64,000 nucleotides of DNA from Clostridiales bacterium. Its GTDB lineage: Bacteria; Bacillota; Clostridia; Christensenellales; DTU072. The notes below the pieces were generated by a model, which saw nothing but the letters and a program-made list of their open reading frames with translations, was not told where the DNA came from and searched no databases. Numbering within the stretch: position 1 is the stretch's first letter; each line of letters begins with the position of its first letter. The stretch lies in assembly GCA_012800525.1 (NCBI GenBank), contig JAAZJD010000021.1:15402-79401 (forward strand), written 5' to 3'. Positions 48,101 to 51,100 of this stretch are shown here, in pieces. Both the position numbers and the translations under genes were made by a program.

Positions 48101-51100
48101 TTTAAGCCCGCCACTTGCACCGGTTATTGCATTTGACTTAACACTAGTCAATACAATATTATTACCCATATTTCTTTGGTAATAAACTGTAGCTTGAAAA
48201 ATATTTGCTGCAAGATAAGCAGTACTTTCAACATGCTCAAAAATTACACCCCTATTATTTGTAGGATCTCTCCAATAATTTTGATGATCTGAACTAGGCG
48301 TATCACCAATCAAATTACTATTTCGTGTCCATCCAGTTCCTTCAGCAGCGTCCTTACCGTTTGCAACCTTATATGTTGTATTGCTAGAAAGTTGCACAGC
48401 AGGAATACTTGCAAAATTTAAACAATCTTTTAAGTTTACCGATGTACCGTATACCACCTCTTTATCGGTTGCACTAACACCTGGAGCAAACAACTCCCAA
48501 ACATAACAATAAATCATATTGTGTGTTATATTTGTGGTACTAGAAGGAATCGGATTGGGATAAGGATATGCTATGGGAACCCCACTTGAGTTTTTATATT
48601 TGTACTCGGCGGTATAGTCAGATGTAGTGTCATCAATTAGTATTAAACTATTATATGTCAAATGGTAAACACCACTCTGGCTTGTACTTCTAACAAAACC
48701 ATTATAGTTGAAATTTTCTCCAGTTTGTGGATTTGAAGGCAAGCTATAATCACCTGTTCTAACCTTTGGCATTCTTGGTCTATAATATATTCCACCACCC
48801 TCACTTAAATTTCCGATAAACACGTCATACGAAGCTATAACACGGCCAATCTGTTGCCAAACTGCGTATAATGTAATTGGTGTTGCAGACCTACTTATCG
48901 CTCCACCGCTACCAATTGAATAAGACTGTCCATGGGTATTTAAATATGATGATCCAACCGTATATGTGGCATCAGGGGATGTTGCGTCGGATAAAGTACT
49001 CCAACCTAAAAATTCATAACCTGATCTTTCAAATACATTTCCTGCCACTGGAACTTGCACCGTGCTTCTAATTGCATTCACTCTATTTATAGCACTTTGA
49101 TCACCAGGATAATGACTTGCATTGTCTACTGTAGTTCCAAAGGTTTGGGAATATTCAGTTAATGATGTACCTTTAATTAAACCACCGTTTCCTTTATAAG
49201 TTACTGTATTAGTTTCAACAAGTCCTTGTGAAAATCTAACATACACTTTCATATTTCTAGCTCTAGCAAAATTTCCATACCATAATGATGAGTGTTCATC
49301 ATACAGCCTTGCAAAAAGACTAAGAGTCACACCAACACAATTTTCGTCAATGATTAAAGGAGAATCCGAAGTCCCAGCACTTCCTGTAGCATTTGAATAT
49401 CTCCAATGATTACTGTTCCAGTGCCAGCCAGCACTTAAAGTATCTACCCTTCCAGTCATTAAATAATTGCCCGCACCATTGTAATAATCATAATTTTCTT
49501 TACTATTATTCCAATTGAATAGACCTTCGTATGTTGTAGGTTTCCCTTTAATTATACCCATTCGCATCGCAGTTGAGCCTTGACCACCAGAAGTAGCATG
49601 GCCACCTCTACCTGCACCTATATCTAAATATGCTGTAGCATAAATTTCAACTTTGGCCCCCATACGAATGTATTGTAGAGCTTTCCCTGAAAATGCAATA
49701 AAATAATCTGCTCTTAAAGAAGCTGAAGTGTTGTTCCCCATTCTTCTAGACTTCCAACCATATCCAGGAGCATCTCCCCACTCCCCTGCATCTGTGTTAT
49801 ACACGCCATCTTGAGTAGAGGTTTGATAGTTAGGACCAGATATGCGCTCAGGATATTTTACATTAGTGTGTTTTTGGGAACTATAGTGTGAAACACTGTT
49901 ATTTGGAATGGAGTATTCTATATATTGATTAAAGGTATTAACATTTGAAATTGTTAAGGCTGTAGTGCTGACACTTTCACCATCAACATAAAGAGTGATA
50001 TTACCAGTAACATTTTTTAATTGATCATGGGTTTTTATAAGCGTGCCACTTGTAGAATTTAAACGCCAACCTGTAAATGTATAACCAGAACGTGTAGGAA
50101 CAGGCAAATCAGCTGAACTTAATCCAATACCCTCAATATATCTTTTTTGATTATCGTTTGGTTGTCCGCTTGGGAAAGACCACCCAGATGCATTATATGT
50201 AATTGTATACATAGTTTTAGTAACACTTGCCATTATTAAAAAGTTTCCCGAAGCATATGGAACAATATATCCATCTGGGTGAGCCGGATCGGGATCTTTA
50301 TCCATCATTACATATTGTCCTGCCAAATCACCAGACGAAAATTTAACAAACACTTTATCGACTGTCATTCCTGGAATACTGATGCTAATGTCATAATACA
50401 TATCAACATATTTATCATGAAAAATTCGCTTATACGGTGTTGCAGTAATTCCTGTAACCGAATCGCCTGATACTAAGGCCCATTTGGCAATCAATATATA
50501 TTGAGTTGTAGAGCGAATATATCCACTAACAAATGTGTTTGTTTGTGGTTCAACGGGAAGAACGTATGCGGTTTGTGGAGCATAATATGAGGGTGGCACG
50601 AGAGTGTCTTCCCAGCCTAATAATGCGCTAGAAGCACCTGGAAAAATATCATTTCCTCCTGTCGTATATTGAGCATAAGGTAAAGCATATTTCGTAACGT
50701 TACTAAACGAACCCCCATCCCCAGGTCTATATTGAACTTCAAAAAATACCGGTGAATAGACTGCATATATATGAGACCCTTCTAGTGGCTCAGTATATCC
50801 GGTTCCAGAACTTCTCCGAAGATTAACAGTATTTGTACTTGTCGCATTTGTACCAAGAATCCATTGAGCTAATCCAGATAATGCTGTTCCTGTTTTGTTT
50901 TTTATATTTGTTAGCAAAAGATCGTTCTGATTATTAACATTAACACCTGTCACATTTATCACTGGCCTTGATGTTAGAATTGAACTGAATATCGCCCAAC
51001 CTAAAAATCTATACCCTTTAACATCTAGAGTTGCTTCTAAATTTAAAACCTCTGTTTTGCTAGAAAAATTCAATGTGCTAGATTCAGTATTCCCCGAAAT

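Noticed and set aside
18560-50470. About 17 plus-strand ORFs of 60-104 aa inside the giant gene (for example 32331-32645, 36741-37046, 42174-42434)
   Set aside because: All are antisense to a far longer, motif-rich ORF. Their translations are low-complexity with no start signals or recognisable motifs. They are shadow ORFs.
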